DNA from: an uncultured Klebsiella sp.
GTDB lineage: Bacteria > Cyanobacteriota > Cyanobacteriia > PCC-6307 > Cyanobiaceae
Assembly (NCBI GenBank): GCA_964546045.1
Contig: CAZJIF010000001.1
Coordinates: forward strand, 1-59,665
Reading direction: 5' to 3'
Length of the DNA: 59,665 nucleotides
Of the stretch, positions 8,504 to 17,323 are shown piece by piece. A model generated the notes under the pieces. That model was not told the origin of the DNA and ran no database searches. It saw only the letters and a list, made by a program, of their open reading frames with translations. Positions within the stretch are counted from its first letter, which is position 1; each line of letters begins with the position of its first letter. A program made the position numbers and the translations under genes.

Positions 8504-9919
8504 ATGGCGCCGGAACGGTTTTTTCTTGAACTTGAGCCGCCGGCAGGCACCCAGCCCGACTGGCCCCACGTGGTGATCGTGGGTGGGGGATTCGCTGGTC
8601 TGCGCGCCACCCACAGGCTGATCGGCAAACCGGTGCGCGTCACCCTGATCGACAAGCGCAACTTCAACCTGTTTCAACCGTTGCTGTATCAGGTGGCCAC
8701 CGGCCTGGTCGGCCAAGCCGACGTGGCTTCGCCGCTGCGGCAGATGGTTGGCAACGCCCCCAACGTGCAGATTCTGCTGGGGGAGGTCGAAGAGCTCGAT
8801 GTCGAAGCCCGCGAGATCGTGTTTAACGAGCGGCGCTACAGGTATGACCATCTGATCCTGGCCACCGGTTCGGGCAGCAGCTATTTCGGCCACGAAGAGT
8901 GGCGGCCGATGGCGCCGCCGATGAAGATCCTGGAGCACGCCAACGAAATCCGGCGTCGCGTGCTGTCAGCCCTCGAGGAAGCCGAACAGACCCCCGACCC
9001 CCAGCGCCGTCGGCTGCTGCAGAGCGTGGCGGTGATCGGCGGCGGCCCCACCGGCTGCGAACTGGCCGGCTCGCTGATCGATCTGATGCGTCATGCGATT
9101 GAACGGGACTTCAAACAACTGCGGGTGGACGACTGTCGCGTGTTGCTGGTCGATCCGGGTGATCGCGTGCTCCGCGCCATGCACCCCCAGCTGTCGGCTG
9201 CGGCTGGCGCCTACCTGCAACGCGCTGGGATCGAGCTGGTGCTGGGCGGCCGAGTCCAGCAGATCAGCGAAACCGAGGTGCAGCTGAGCTTTAAGACCAC
9301 CGGAGAAGAACGGCGCCTTGACGTCGGCAATGTGTGCTGGACCGCCGGTGTTCGGGCCTCCCATCTGGGCAAGCTGCTGGCCGCCAGCGCCGGCTGCCAG
9401 ACCGACAAGGGTGGGCGGGTGATCGTCGAGCCCGATTTTTCGATCCCGGGCCATCCAGAGGTCAGGGTGGTCGGGGATCTGTGCTCGTACAGCCACACAG
9501 CCGACGGCAAACCTCTGCCCGGTATGGCCGGGCCGGCGGTGCAGATGGGCGGATGGGTGGCGGCCGACATTCTTGCTCGTGTTCAGGGCCAGCCCCACAA
9601 GCCGTTCGTGTTTACCGATTTCGGATCGATGGCGGTGGTCGGTCCGCTCTATGCCGTCGCGGATCTGCGGGGTCTGCGCCTCAGCGGTCTGCTGGGCTGG
9701 ATCGTCTGGGGCCTGGCCCATCTGGCCTTCATGCCCGAGATGGAGAACCGTCTCAGCCTGCTGCTCAAATGGCTGTGGGTGATTGCAACACGCGAGCGCG
9801 ATTCAATGCTGATCATCGGCAACCACAACCAGCACATGGGGGTGGAAGTCGGGCTGGAAAGCAGGGAAGGCAGTGAGCTTGTCGACAAAACGACTGCCGA
9901 TCTCAGTCAGACAGGCTGA
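8504..9919 (+). CDS. ndh: Type II NADH dehydrogenase (NDH-2)
   Basis: Two dinucleotide-binding motifs (VVIVGGGFAGL and VAVIGGGPTGCELAG). Length and C-terminal membrane-anchor region are typical of cyanobacterial Ndb proteins. Confidence 0.85.
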   Translation: MAPERFFLELEPPAGTQPDWPHVVIVGGGFAGLRATHRLIGKPVRVTLIDKRNFNLFQPLLYQVATGLVGQADVASPLRQMVGNAPNVQILLGEVEELDVEAREIVFNERRYRYDHLILATGSGSSYFGHEEWRPMAPPMKILEHANEIRRRVLSALEEAEQTPDPQRRRLLQSVAVIGGGPTGCELAGSLIDLMRHAIERDFKQLRVDDCRVLLVDPGDRVLRAMHPQLSAAAGAYLQRAGIELVLGGRVQQISETEVQLSFKTTGEERRLDVGNVCWTAGVRASHLGKLLAASAGCQTDKGGRVIVEPDFSIPGHPEVRVVGDLCSYSHTADGKPLPGMAGPAVQMGGWVAADILARVQGQPHKPFVFTDFGSMAVVGPLYAVADLRGLRLSGLLGWIVWGLAHLAFMPEMENRLSLLLKWLWVIATRERDSMLIIGNHNQHMGVEVGLESREGSELVDKTTADLSQTG

Positions 9920-9932
9920 ACCAAGGCCGCTG

Positions 9933-10736
9933 TCACGACGGGGGCCGATGCTGCTCGTCTTCTGATTCTTCCTCCAATTGGGTCTGGACCGTGTAACGGC
10001 TGATCAGCAGACCCATGACGATGGCAATGTAAAGAGGTCCGACAATGCTCAGGGTGATGCAGGCCATCTGGGCCATACGCCGAACGGGAACGATGTCGCC
10101 ATAGCCGACGGTCGTGATGCTGACAAATGCAAAATAATTCAATCGCGAAAAATCAAGATCCCAGACCTGCCCACTGATCGCGTCGGTCATGGCATGGGAA
10201 CGGATCACATCGCTACCCCTGGAAGAAATCAGATCAACAAAACTTCCAGGTTGAAGAGTTTCCAGCACACTCAAGATCAATCCACCGGTGATGCCCAACA
10301 TCAGGTAGCCGGCAATCGCACCACCCAGCACCGAACTGGTGATCGCCTCTTCCTGACGCAACAGCAACAACAGCCGCAGCAGGCTCCAGAAGACAAAGAC
10401 TGCCAAGACCACCAACAGCAACAACCCGCTCCAGCCTTGCTGGGTTGGGGTGAACAACCAGCCCAGCAGGGCACCGAAGCCCACAACCCCAAGCAGCCGG
10501 TACAACCAGATGTAGGTGGAGCCAAGCCGAAAAGCCGCCAACTGGCGCCGCCCCAATTGGGTCAACAACAGCACCAGCATCACGCCAGTGCCAATGGCGG
10601 CAAAACGATGGAACCCCCAGGGCAGACTCATGATCACAAGCTGCGCAGCCATGACAACAAAAAGCTGTCGATACAGGCGATGGCGACTACTCTCAACCCG
10701 GCCGGATGAGGAAGGCAATGGGGAGCCGGTTCTCAT
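9933..10736 (-). CDS. Potassium channel protein (Ion_trans_2-type pore, canonical TVGYGD filter)
   Basis: Pore helix plus filter FVSITTVGYGDIVP is encoded at 10095-10115. Multiple TM helices precede it. Confidence 0.8.
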   Translation of the reverse strand: MRTGSPLPSSSGRVESSRHRLYRQLFVVMAAQLVIMSLPWGFHRFAAIGTGVMLVLLLTQLGRRQLAAFRLGSTYIWLYRLLGVVGFGALLGWLFTPTQQGWSGLLLLVVLAVFVFWSLLRLLLLLRQEEAITSSVLGGAIAGYLMLGITGGLILSVLETLQPGSFVDLISSRGSDVIRSHAMTDAISGQVWDLDFSRLNYFAFVSITTVGYGDIVPVRRMAQMACITLSIVGPLYIAIVMGLLISRYTVQTQLEEESEDEQHRPPS

Positions 10737-11455
10737 GGTTTGCGTTTGTGGTATCGACCAAGAATCAAGGCGATCAGGATGGCCACATAGAGCTGACCCG
10801 ACACGGTGATGATCGTCACAGCCACCTGTCCCAGGACATCGGTAGGGTTGACGACCGGCGTACCGACGGTGGTCAGCATGTTGAACGAAGCCGCCATCAA
10901 CGACGGAGCATCCGCCACAACCCCAGCCGATGCAGCACTGATCACAGTGGCCTTGGACAAGTTAGCCACCGTCAGACTGAGGGGGCTCAAGGCCGAAATG
11001 GCGATCAGCATGACGCCACCTGCAATGCCGACCAACAAATAGCCGGAGGCGGCACCCAGGACGACCGATGTGGTGACGTATGGCTCATTGATCAAGGTTC
11101 TGACCTTGCGCAACAACACCAGAACCAGAAAAATCAGCCAGACGATCACGTGCGGGATCGTCAACCACTGGCCAAGGGCAGGATTGAAGCGCAGGCCGAC
11201 ATGCCAGACCACCTCCATCAACACCGCGATGGCACCCAGGCTGTAGACGAGTGGCTTGGTGCGCCGCAGCGGCGAAAAACGACTGACAAACGCAATCAGC
11301 ACACTGGAGAGGCTGATCATCAAAACCGAAAGCAGCCAGGGAGCGTGCTGTGCCAGGGGCAGCAGCAACAGCAGCAGGATCTGCATGGCAAGCACGATCA
11401 GGTAGCCGCGATGACGGCGCTTCAACCTGAGCAGAACTTCCCGACTGACACGCAC
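10733..11455 (-). CDS. Channel-like paralogue of the downstream K+ channel with a degenerate selectivity filter (TTVGTPV)
   Basis: Collinear similarity to the 9933-10736 protein (VTTSVVLGAASGYLLVGIAGGV vs ITSSVLGGAIAGYLMLGITGGL; SGQLYVAILIALILGRY vs VGPLYIAIVMGLLISRY). The filter position reads TTVGTPV (10853-10873). ATGA overlap with the downstream gene. Confidence 0.7.
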   Translation of the reverse strand: MRVSREVLLRLKRRHRGYLIVLAMQILLLLLLPLAQHAPWLLSVLMISLSSVLIAFVSRFSPLRRTKPLVYSLGAIAVLMEVVWHVGLRFNPALGQWLTIPHVIVWLIFLVLVLLRKVRTLINEPYVTTSVVLGAASGYLLVGIAGGVMLIAISALSPLSLTVANLSKATVISAASAGVVADAPSLMAASFNMLTTVGTPVVNPTDVLGQVAVTIITVSGQLYVAILIALILGRYHKRKP

Positions 11456-11482
11456 CGCCTGGCTTCCACCACCGGGCGAATC

Positions 11483-12802
11483 ATGGCACTGATCGGCAGG
11501 CTGCCCACCCCCCCGCGCAGGCGTCGAACAGGGCTGCTGACGGTGCTGTTAACAGCGCTGGCACCTGCCGTGTTCACCGCAGGGACCCCGGCTTCTGCCC
11601 AAGCAGCAGACCCCGGAGAACCCGCATCAACGCTGGCGCCAACGCCGCTCTGGCCGTCGCTGGCGTCGGTGCTGGCCCTGCCCCCCTGGCTGAATCTGGA
11701 CCTGGAGCTGAGCGCCGAACCCATGGCCGGCAACGCCCCCGGCCTGGGCAGCAGCGGTGCCTGGATGCAGCAGCTGACGTTGACCGCCGAAGCCAGCCGC
11801 GGCCTGGGACGCGACAAAGGGCAATGGCAGGAGTTCGACCATTGGAAAACGAGCCTGCAGCTGACCGCCTTCAGCGGCAACCCCAACCTCAACCAAACCC
11901 TGGGGACTGCCTTTCCCCTGCAGACCGCAGCCCACCCCGTCGGCCTGTGGTTGACCGAAGCCACCGTGCAACGGGTGGCAGCTGGTGATCCGGTGTTCTT
12001 CAAGGCAGGCCTGATGGCATTGAATCCCTCCTTTGTTCAGAGCGAAGTCTTCAACAGCTACATCCATTCGGCACTCAATAACACCCTGAATCTTGAAATC
12101 AACGGGTTCCCGATCAATCCGTTCATCGCCCCGGCCGCGACGCTGCACCTTCATCTGGGTTCCAGCAGTGAGCTCAGGATTGGCCAGTTCTGGCTGGACA
12201 ATGTCAACAACCTTGCCAGCTTGTTCGGTGTCAATCCCCAACAGAACGCGGGCAGTGGCAGCTTGCAACTCGTGCAATGGAATTGGCGCGACCTGCCTGG
12301 ATCAGACGCTCTGCAGCAGCCGATCCGCCGTGGGGAGACGTTGGTGAGCCGCCAGCTGCCGCCTCCTTTGCTGCAGCTGGGTGGGTTCAACACCACGGGC
12401 CCCGATCCGAACCTGGGCCTTTATGGCACCCTGACGATGGCGGTTCCGCTGCCGGTGGGGCTTGATCATCGCGTCTGGGTCGGCTTCAACAACGGCTTCA
12501 CAATCCAGAACGACCCTGATCCCACCTTTGTCGCTGCAGGATGGCTAGCCCAGGGACTGCTGCCAGGGCGACCACTGGATGTTCTGGCCGTGGGGTATGG
12601 CAGCACCTGGTTCAACAACAATCTCAACGCCGGGCTGATTCAAGGACCCAACCCGGAAGCTGTCGTAGAGATCAACTACGCCATTCCGCTGAGCAGCCAG
12701 CTCACGATTCAGCCGGTGTTGCAATGGATCATGCAGCCGAGGGGCAGCAGCACCAGACAGTCCGTCGTTGCAGCGGGACTCCAAGTCAATCTCAGCTTCT
12801 GA
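11483..12802 (+). CDS. Outer-membrane porin, OprB (carbohydrate-selective porin)-like, without an SLH domain
   Basis: ATG 11483 gives a signal peptide (RRRRTGLLTVLLTALAPAVFTAGTPASAQA). The protein is beta-rich and Gly/Asn-rich. The C-terminus LTIQPVLQWIMQPRG...GLQVNLSF, with terminal Phe, is typical of OprB-type barrels. The track ORF from 10706 is an artefactual 5' extension. Confidence 0.6.
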   Translation: MALIGRLPTPPRRRRTGLLTVLLTALAPAVFTAGTPASAQAADPGEPASTLAPTPLWPSLASVLALPPWLNLDLELSAEPMAGNAPGLGSSGAWMQQLTLTAEASRGLGRDKGQWQEFDHWKTSLQLTAFSGNPNLNQTLGTAFPLQTAAHPVGLWLTEATVQRVAAGDPVFFKAGLMALNPSFVQSEVFNSYIHSALNNTLNLEINGFPINPFIAPAATLHLHLGSSSELRIGQFWLDNVNNLASLFGVNPQQNAGSGSLQLVQWNWRDLPGSDALQQPIRRGETLVSRQLPPPLLQLGGFNTTGPDPNLGLYGTLTMAVPLPVGLDHRVWVGFNNGFTIQNDPDPTFVAAGWLAQGLLPGRPLDVLAVGYGSTWFNNNLNAGLIQGPNPEAVVEINYAIPLSSQLTIQPVLQWIMQPRGSSTRQSVVAAGLQVNLSF

Positions 12803-12845
12803 AGCGACCGCGCTGCAGCATCAGGGTCAGGGTGATGGCAAGAGG

Positions 12846-13598
12846 TCAGGCTGTCGTCAGGAGATTGAGAATGGCCGAAATGACGGTTGAGTAAAAGAGA
12901 AAACTGATCACGGAGTGAACCAACACCATCCGCCGCATGCGCGCGTCTTCCAGGTTGACATCACTCATCGCGTAGGTCAGACCAACCGCAAAAGCAACGT
13001 AGAGAAAATCGGTAAAAATCGGCTCATCATTGCCCGCGAACACAAATCCCTGAGGATCGGGCCCGTCAGCAGCGGGGGCAGGATTAAGAGTGAAGTAATG
13101 CTTTGCATAATAAATCGCAAAGCCAATATGCAACTGCATCCACGTCGTGAACAAGGCCGCAAAATAGATAAAAATCCGCAACGACGTCGGCAGTGTGCTG
13201 ACTGAAGCATGCACGTCATGAATGCAGAGACTCAACAAGCCAATGCTCATGAACGCCAACAACACCGTGCGCTCAATCAACAGTTTGCGATTGGCCCGCC
13301 AGTGACCAAAAATCCGGCGGGTTGCCAGCGCTGAAAGCTTCTGCGACGACCGGGTGATGGCCAGCAGGTCAATCGCCATGGCCGCCAGAAAGCCGATCGA
13401 GGTGGCCTCATCCATGGGCAGCTCACGCAGCAACCCCACTGTCACGGCCGAACCGATCAACAGCCCGCGCAAGCCGCGGTAACCATCGTGAAAGCCGCGG
13501 GGGTGCTCGGGGGGTTCGACGATCAGGCGTCTGAGCTTGCGAAGGCCAAAACCCTTGCTCCCGCGGGGTCGAGCCGCCGTCGTCTCTGCCATGACCAC
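12846..13598 (-). CDS. DUF1345-family membrane protein
   Basis: Several TM helices. FAIYYAKHYF and DFLYVAFAVGLTYAMSDVNL...MVLVHSVISFLFYSTVISAILN resemble the conserved DUF1345 core as I recall it. Confidence 0.6.
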   Translation of the reverse strand: MVMAETTAARPRGSKGFGLRKLRRLIVEPPEHPRGFHDGYRGLRGLLIGSAVTVGLLRELPMDEATSIGFLAAMAIDLLAITRSSQKLSALATRRIFGHWRANRKLLIERTVLLAFMSIGLLSLCIHDVHASVSTLPTSLRIFIYFAALFTTWMQLHIGFAIYYAKHYFTLNPAPAADGPDPQGFVFAGNDEPIFTDFLYVAFAVGLTYAMSDVNLEDARMRRMVLVHSVISFLFYSTVISAILNLLTTA

Positions 13599-13737
13599 CG
13601 ATTCGCCACAGATCTGCTTCAGATGATGGCGGCGACCATGTCATGAGTCCACCGACTCGATGCGCCCCAGATGACTTGTTGGCGAAAAACCGTGGCACGA
13701 TGACAACAACGGAACTCCGCAGGTTTCTGCCGCTTCC

Positions 13738-14412
13738 ATGGCCCAGGCGTCAGCCCCCAACCAGCGCTCGCCTCGCTGCCGCAGCGGGATCGCCCACCTG
13801 CATCGACTGGATGCTGGGCACCAGCGGTTTCTCAATGGGCAATCGGAACATCCCCACGCCACCAGCCAGCGACTCAAACATCTGGTCCAGGGACAGCATC
13901 CAATCGCCGCGATCCTGAGCTGCGCCGATTCGCGTGTGCCGGTCGAGCTGCTGTTTGACGCTGGCTTTGGCGATCTGTTTGTGGTCCGCAATGCCGGCAA
14001 CACCTGCACCAGCGCGACGATCGCCTCACTCGAATACGGAATCCAGGCGCTGGGGGTTCCGCTGGTGCTGGTGATGGGCCACGAAGGCTGTGGCGCCGTG
14101 ACCGCGGCCTGTCAACCCCACGGGACCCTGACACCCGAACTGCACGAGCTGGTGCACACGATTCGCCAAGGGCTCGACGAGACCACACCCAGCCTCGATC
14201 TGCCGGCCGCCTTTCGCCAGAACCCGATCCAGTCGGCCCGCCACCTGGTGCGCGGCAGTGCCCTGATCCGCGAGCGCATCGCCGCAGGCCAGCTGCTGGT
14301 CGAGGCGGCCTATTACACGCTGTGCCGCGGCGAGATCGAATGGTTGGGGGCGATTGACACCGATGAGGGGTTGCAACAGCCCCATCTGCACCGATCAGAG
14401 ACCCACGGCTGA
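13738..14412 (+). CDS. Beta-class carbonic anhydrase
   Basis: Zinc and active-site motifs CADSRVPVE, FVVRNAGN and HEGCGAV. Confidence 0.85.
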   Translation: MAQASAPNQRSPRCRSGIAHLHRLDAGHQRFLNGQSEHPHATSQRLKHLVQGQHPIAAILSCADSRVPVELLFDAGFGDLFVVRNAGNTCTSATIASLEYGIQALGVPLVLVMGHEGCGAVTAACQPHGTLTPELHELVHTIRQGLDETTPSLDLPAAFRQNPIQSARHLVRGSALIRERIAAGQLLVEAAYYTLCRGEIEWLGAIDTDEGLQQPHLHRSETHG

Positions 14413-15336
14413 CGGCTGGGGTGCTGATGTCGACTGGCGCGGCACCAGATGGTGCTGGTGCAGCGAGGCATTCCAGTCGATGCGTCGACTGAAGCGCAGA
14501 CCCAACGACCCACCAAGCTGTCGGCCGGTCTCGCTGCCGCCGGTGAGTCCGGCGGCCAGATTGGCCCCAAGCCGTTCGCTGAAGCTTTCGGCAGTGGTGT
14601 CGCGCACCATGCCAACAAACCAGCTGCGATGACCGATCGAACGGCGCAGCGCTTGAGGACCGGTCAGATCGCTGGCGAGCTGTCCGCCCACCATGGCGCC
14701 AACGGCCAGTCCCGCCAGGGCGCCCACCGGGCCGGCCAAGGCCGACCCCAGCACCATGCCGGTGCTGGAGCCCGCCTCCTCACCAACGCGGGTGCCGAGC
14801 CGACGCCAGGTCATCTGTCCCAGGGTCCGAGGCACTGTTTTGGCCTGACCGTCGGCCACGGCACTGCCGATGGTGGAACCGATGACAGCCCCCAGGACGG
14901 AGCCCAGACCACCCAGGACCAGGGCCAGGGTTGGCCCACCCAGGACCCCACCCAGGGCCGCGCCGCCGCCGCCGACCACCACCTGACCGATGGAGGCGCC
15001 GATCAGATTGCCGCCGAGTTGGCGGCTCAGATGCAGCCAGGGACCGGAGTCTGCGGAGGAGTCAACCGCGTCGCCGCCATCCCTGGCTGCACCCCCATCC
15101 AATTGGCAGCCGAGCGACGCCAGGGCCAGTTGCCAGCGCACCACTGGACAGCCGGGCCTCAGTTCGAGCACCAGTGAACGGGAGGTCTGGCGCCGCTGCC
15201 AGGCGCGCAACCAGGACTGCACCGAAAGCTGATCGCAAAGACGATCCAATGCGTCTGGATCGGCATCCTGGGGCCATTGCAACCGCACCCGGTCCGGCAG
15301 CGCATGGGCGATCCGCAGGTGGAGGCTTGCTGGCAT
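14395..15336 (-). CDS. HMA-like (no CxxC) N-terminal module fused to a glycine-zipper membrane domain
   Basis: ATG at 15336 (MPASLHLRIAHALPDRVRLQW...) gives 313 aa. The longer track ORF would run across the divergent gene. The C-terminal two-thirds are GxxxG-rich (GGGGAALGGVLGGPTLALVLGGLGSVLGAVIGSTIGS; GPVGALAGLAVGAMVGG). Confidence 0.65.
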   Translation of the reverse strand: MPASLHLRIAHALPDRVRLQWPQDADPDALDRLCDQLSVQSWLRAWQRRQTSRSLVLELRPGCPVVRWQLALASLGCQLDGGAARDGGDAVDSSADSGPWLHLSRQLGGNLIGASIGQVVVGGGGAALGGVLGGPTLALVLGGLGSVLGAVIGSTIGSAVADGQAKTVPRTLGQMTWRRLGTRVGEEAGSSTGMVLGSALAGPVGALAGLAVGAMVGGQLASDLTGPQALRRSIGHRSWFVGMVRDTTAESFSERLGANLAAGLTGGSETGRQLGGSLGLRFSRRIDWNASLHQHHLVPRQSTSAPQPSAVGL

Positions 15337-15420
15337 GGTTGCCGCGGCAGCAGACAACAGCTGATCTGGACGATAGGTTGGCTTGGCTTGTCTTCGCTTG
15401 CTCCCCCTCGCACCGATCCC

Positions 15421-15714
15421 ATGTTTGAGCTCGAAACCCTCATCGCCATGGGCGTCGGCGCCGCCCTGGTCGCCGTGGCACCTGTGGTGGCCTCCGTCAC
15501 GGGCCGGGAACACAAGCTGGCCACCTCGATCAGCGCCGCTGGTCGCAACCTGACCAAACAGGGTCTCAAGCTGGGAATCTGTCTGGCGGACAAGTCCTCC
15601 GGACTGGTGCGCAAGGTTGGCCACGGACTGTCAGAAGCCGGCGAAAGCCTGACGGACCTGGTGGCCGAAGCCCGTGCCGATCTTGAGCAGGCCAAAGCCG
15701 CCAAGAACGGCTGA
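15421..15714 (+). CDS. Small membrane protein, DUF5132-like (97 aa), copy 1
   Basis: ATG 15421 gives MFELETLIAMGVGAALVAVAPVV...GESLTDLVAEARADLEQA. Clear paralogue of 17324-17692. The pattern matches DUF5132 as I recall it (N-terminal TM helix plus C-terminal DLVAEA+.E helix). Confidence 0.7.
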   Translation: MFELETLIAMGVGAALVAVAPVVASVTGREHKLATSISAAGRNLTKQGLKLGICLADKSSGLVRKVGHGLSEAGESLTDLVAEARADLEQAKAAKNG

Positions 15715-15737
15715 CGCGACAGCCGCCGGCTCCAACT

Positions 15738-16244
15738 GTGACAACGCAAGCGACCTACCGGGTGAAGCACCGGCTTCCCCACCGGGTCCGGATCGATTTT
15801 GGCGAGCGACTGAGCCCGGAACAGCTGCGCAGTGTGATCTGGTTGCTGGAACACCACGACCCCGGGGCCGTGGTGCGACCAGCCGCGTCGGGCCATGGTC
15901 TGGTGATCTGCAGCACCAGCCCAGACCAACCGCTGATCGATCCGCTGCCGAGGCTGGACCAGGTGCTGTGCGAACCGGTCGCCCATCTGATCGAGCTGCC
16001 GCCCCAGGGCCTCCAGAAACTGATCCGCCAGTCACGCCAGGGCACCCTCAAGCTGCTCATCACCCTGGCGATCGCTGGCTGGGCGTTGCCGATCCTGCCG
16101 GGAACGCCTTTTTTCCTGTTGGCCTGGTGGATGGGTTGGCGACCGGAACCCAAAACCAACACCACCGGCAGCAACCCGGTGGATCAGGACAGGCCAATCT
16201 CCAACCAGGGAGAGTCGATCCGCGCTGAACGGCACGTCAGTTGA
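15738..16244 (+). CDS. HMA-like (no CxxC) module fused to a YbaN/DUF454-like membrane tail
   Basis: GTG start. N-terminus YRVKHRLPHRVRIDF. The C-terminal LLITLAIAGWALPILPGTPFFLLAWW matches the YbaN motif (LGVVLPVLPTTPFILLAAW). Confidence 0.65.
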   Translation: MTTQATYRVKHRLPHRVRIDFGERLSPEQLRSVIWLLEHHDPGAVVRPAASGHGLVICSTSPDQPLIDPLPRLDQVLCEPVAHLIELPPQGLQKLIRQSRQGTLKLLITLAIAGWALPILPGTPFFLLAWWMGWRPEPKTNTTGSNPVDQDRPISNQGESIRAERHVS

Positions 16245-17242
16245 GCGCGCTCAGGCGGCAAGGGCACGTCCAACTGCAAGCCACCGCTGCGGATCAGCAA
16301 CTGCTGATCCGCCTGGCGCACCCGCAGAGTCTCACGGACCAGACCCGGCAGCAACAACCGGCAGCGGCAGCCATCAGGCCCATCGATCCAACAACAGGTT
16401 TCAGCGCGCAAGGGTTGCTCCAGCCAGGACTCGAAGGCCAAAGGTGACGGCGTCGATCGGCCAAGCATGATCGGCAGCTCCCAGCGGGCGACAAGCTGAT
16501 CGCGAACCGAAGGTGCCAGATCGCCCTCCAGCCATAGACGGGGCTGGGCCAGGCCGCACAGGGCCAACGCCGCCACCCGACCATCCAGCAGCGGTAGATC
16601 CTCGGCATCGGCTGCCAGGGCCACCACCGCCTCGACCGCCTCAGGCACCTGCCGCAGGCGGCTCGCCAGGTCCTGCAGGCATGAACGCCAAACAGGCGAC
16701 AGCGCCAGGCTTTCAGCGTCTGGAAGGCGCAGGCGCAACACCAGCTCGAACTGGGCCAGGCGCTGACGGGTCTGGCTCCACCAGAGCAACAGTGGCGACC
16801 AGAGTCCCTCAAGCAGCTCGGGCCCCCGACGCAGCAGCTGCAGGATTTCGGTCGTCTGGGCCAGGGGAGGCATCACCACCACAAGGGCGATCCCTGCTTG
16901 CAGCGCGTGCCAGCCCTGGGCCAGATAAAGCGCACGCAGCACCGTGCCGAGACCTGGAATGGCGCCAAGGCAAGGCCGTTCGCCATCAACAGCGTCCAGC
17001 TCCAACAAGGCGAACCAGGGGGCCAGGGCCGGTAGCAGGTCCTGCCAGATGGTGTCGGCCCAGGCTTCAGGGTCGTAGCGCTGGAGTGGCTGGTGCGGCC
17101 TGGAGAGGACCAGGTCGCCGGCCAGATCCATCACCGCGGCCGCCTGACCCAGGCGGTCACACCGGTCCAGAACCGCCTGGGCCAGCCGGCGCCGCTGCGG
17201 CGCCGTGTCTGCCACCAAAAGCACCAACGGGGACGCCTCCAT
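16184..17242 (-). CDS. ArsA/Get3-like protein lacking the Walker A P-loop, with a C-terminal HSP20-like domain
   Basis: ATG 17242 (MEASPLVLLVADTAPQRRR...). IPGLGTVLRALYL....ALVVVMPPLAQTTEILQLL parallels the ArsA PG.dE / D.aPTGhTLrLL region. The C-terminus LRVRQADQQLLIRSGGLQLDVPLP...ARIDSPWLEIGL resembles the ArsA HSP20-like domain. No GKGGVGKT is present. Confidence 0.5.
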   Translation of the reverse strand: MEASPLVLLVADTAPQRRRLAQAVLDRCDRLGQAAAVMDLAGDLVLSRPHQPLQRYDPEAWADTIWQDLLPALAPWFALLELDAVDGERPCLGAIPGLGTVLRALYLAQGWHALQAGIALVVVMPPLAQTTEILQLLRRGPELLEGLWSPLLLWWSQTRQRLAQFELVLRLRLPDAESLALSPVWRSCLQDLASRLRQVPEAVEAVVALAADAEDLPLLDGRVAALALCGLAQPRLWLEGDLAPSVRDQLVARWELPIMLGRSTPSPLAFESWLEQPLRAETCCWIDGPDGCRCRLLLPGLVRETLRVRQADQQLLIRSGGLQLDVPLPPERAQLTCRSARIDSPWLEIGLS

Positions 17243-17280
17243 GGCCGGTCTCACAGCGTGGTTGGCAGCACGGATCTGCA

Positions 17281-17299
17281 GCAATCTGCCGTAGATTGC
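17281..17299. promoter_or_regulatory. Inverted repeat gcaatct-N5-agattgc in the divergent promoter region between the ArsA-like gene and the DUF5132/ATPase operon
   Basis: Read directly. 17281-17287 gcaatct is the reverse complement of 17293-17299 agattgc. Lies inside the 81-bp intergenic 17243-17323. Confidence 0.3.
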
Positions 17300-17323
17300 A
17301 AAGACTGCATCATCTGACGCTCG

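Noticed and set aside
10706-11482. 259-codon N-terminal extension of the porin ORF (track ORF 10706-12802)
   Set aside because: It runs antisense through the whole upstream channel gene and is Q/H/D/R-rich low-complexity sequence. A proper signal peptide begins at ATG 11483. This is a typical high-GC open-frame artefact.
13643-13918. 91-aa ORF overlapping the 5' end of the carbonic anhydrase gene
   Set aside because: It is out of frame with a gene that has clear beta-CA motifs, and its Pro/Arg/Ser-rich translation has no features.
15337-15420. Shared operator between the first and second divergent promoter regions (both contain ggttggc and gatctg)
   Set aside because: The matches are only 6-7 nt, in different order and spacing. 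That is within chance expectation for 80-bp GC-rich regions.
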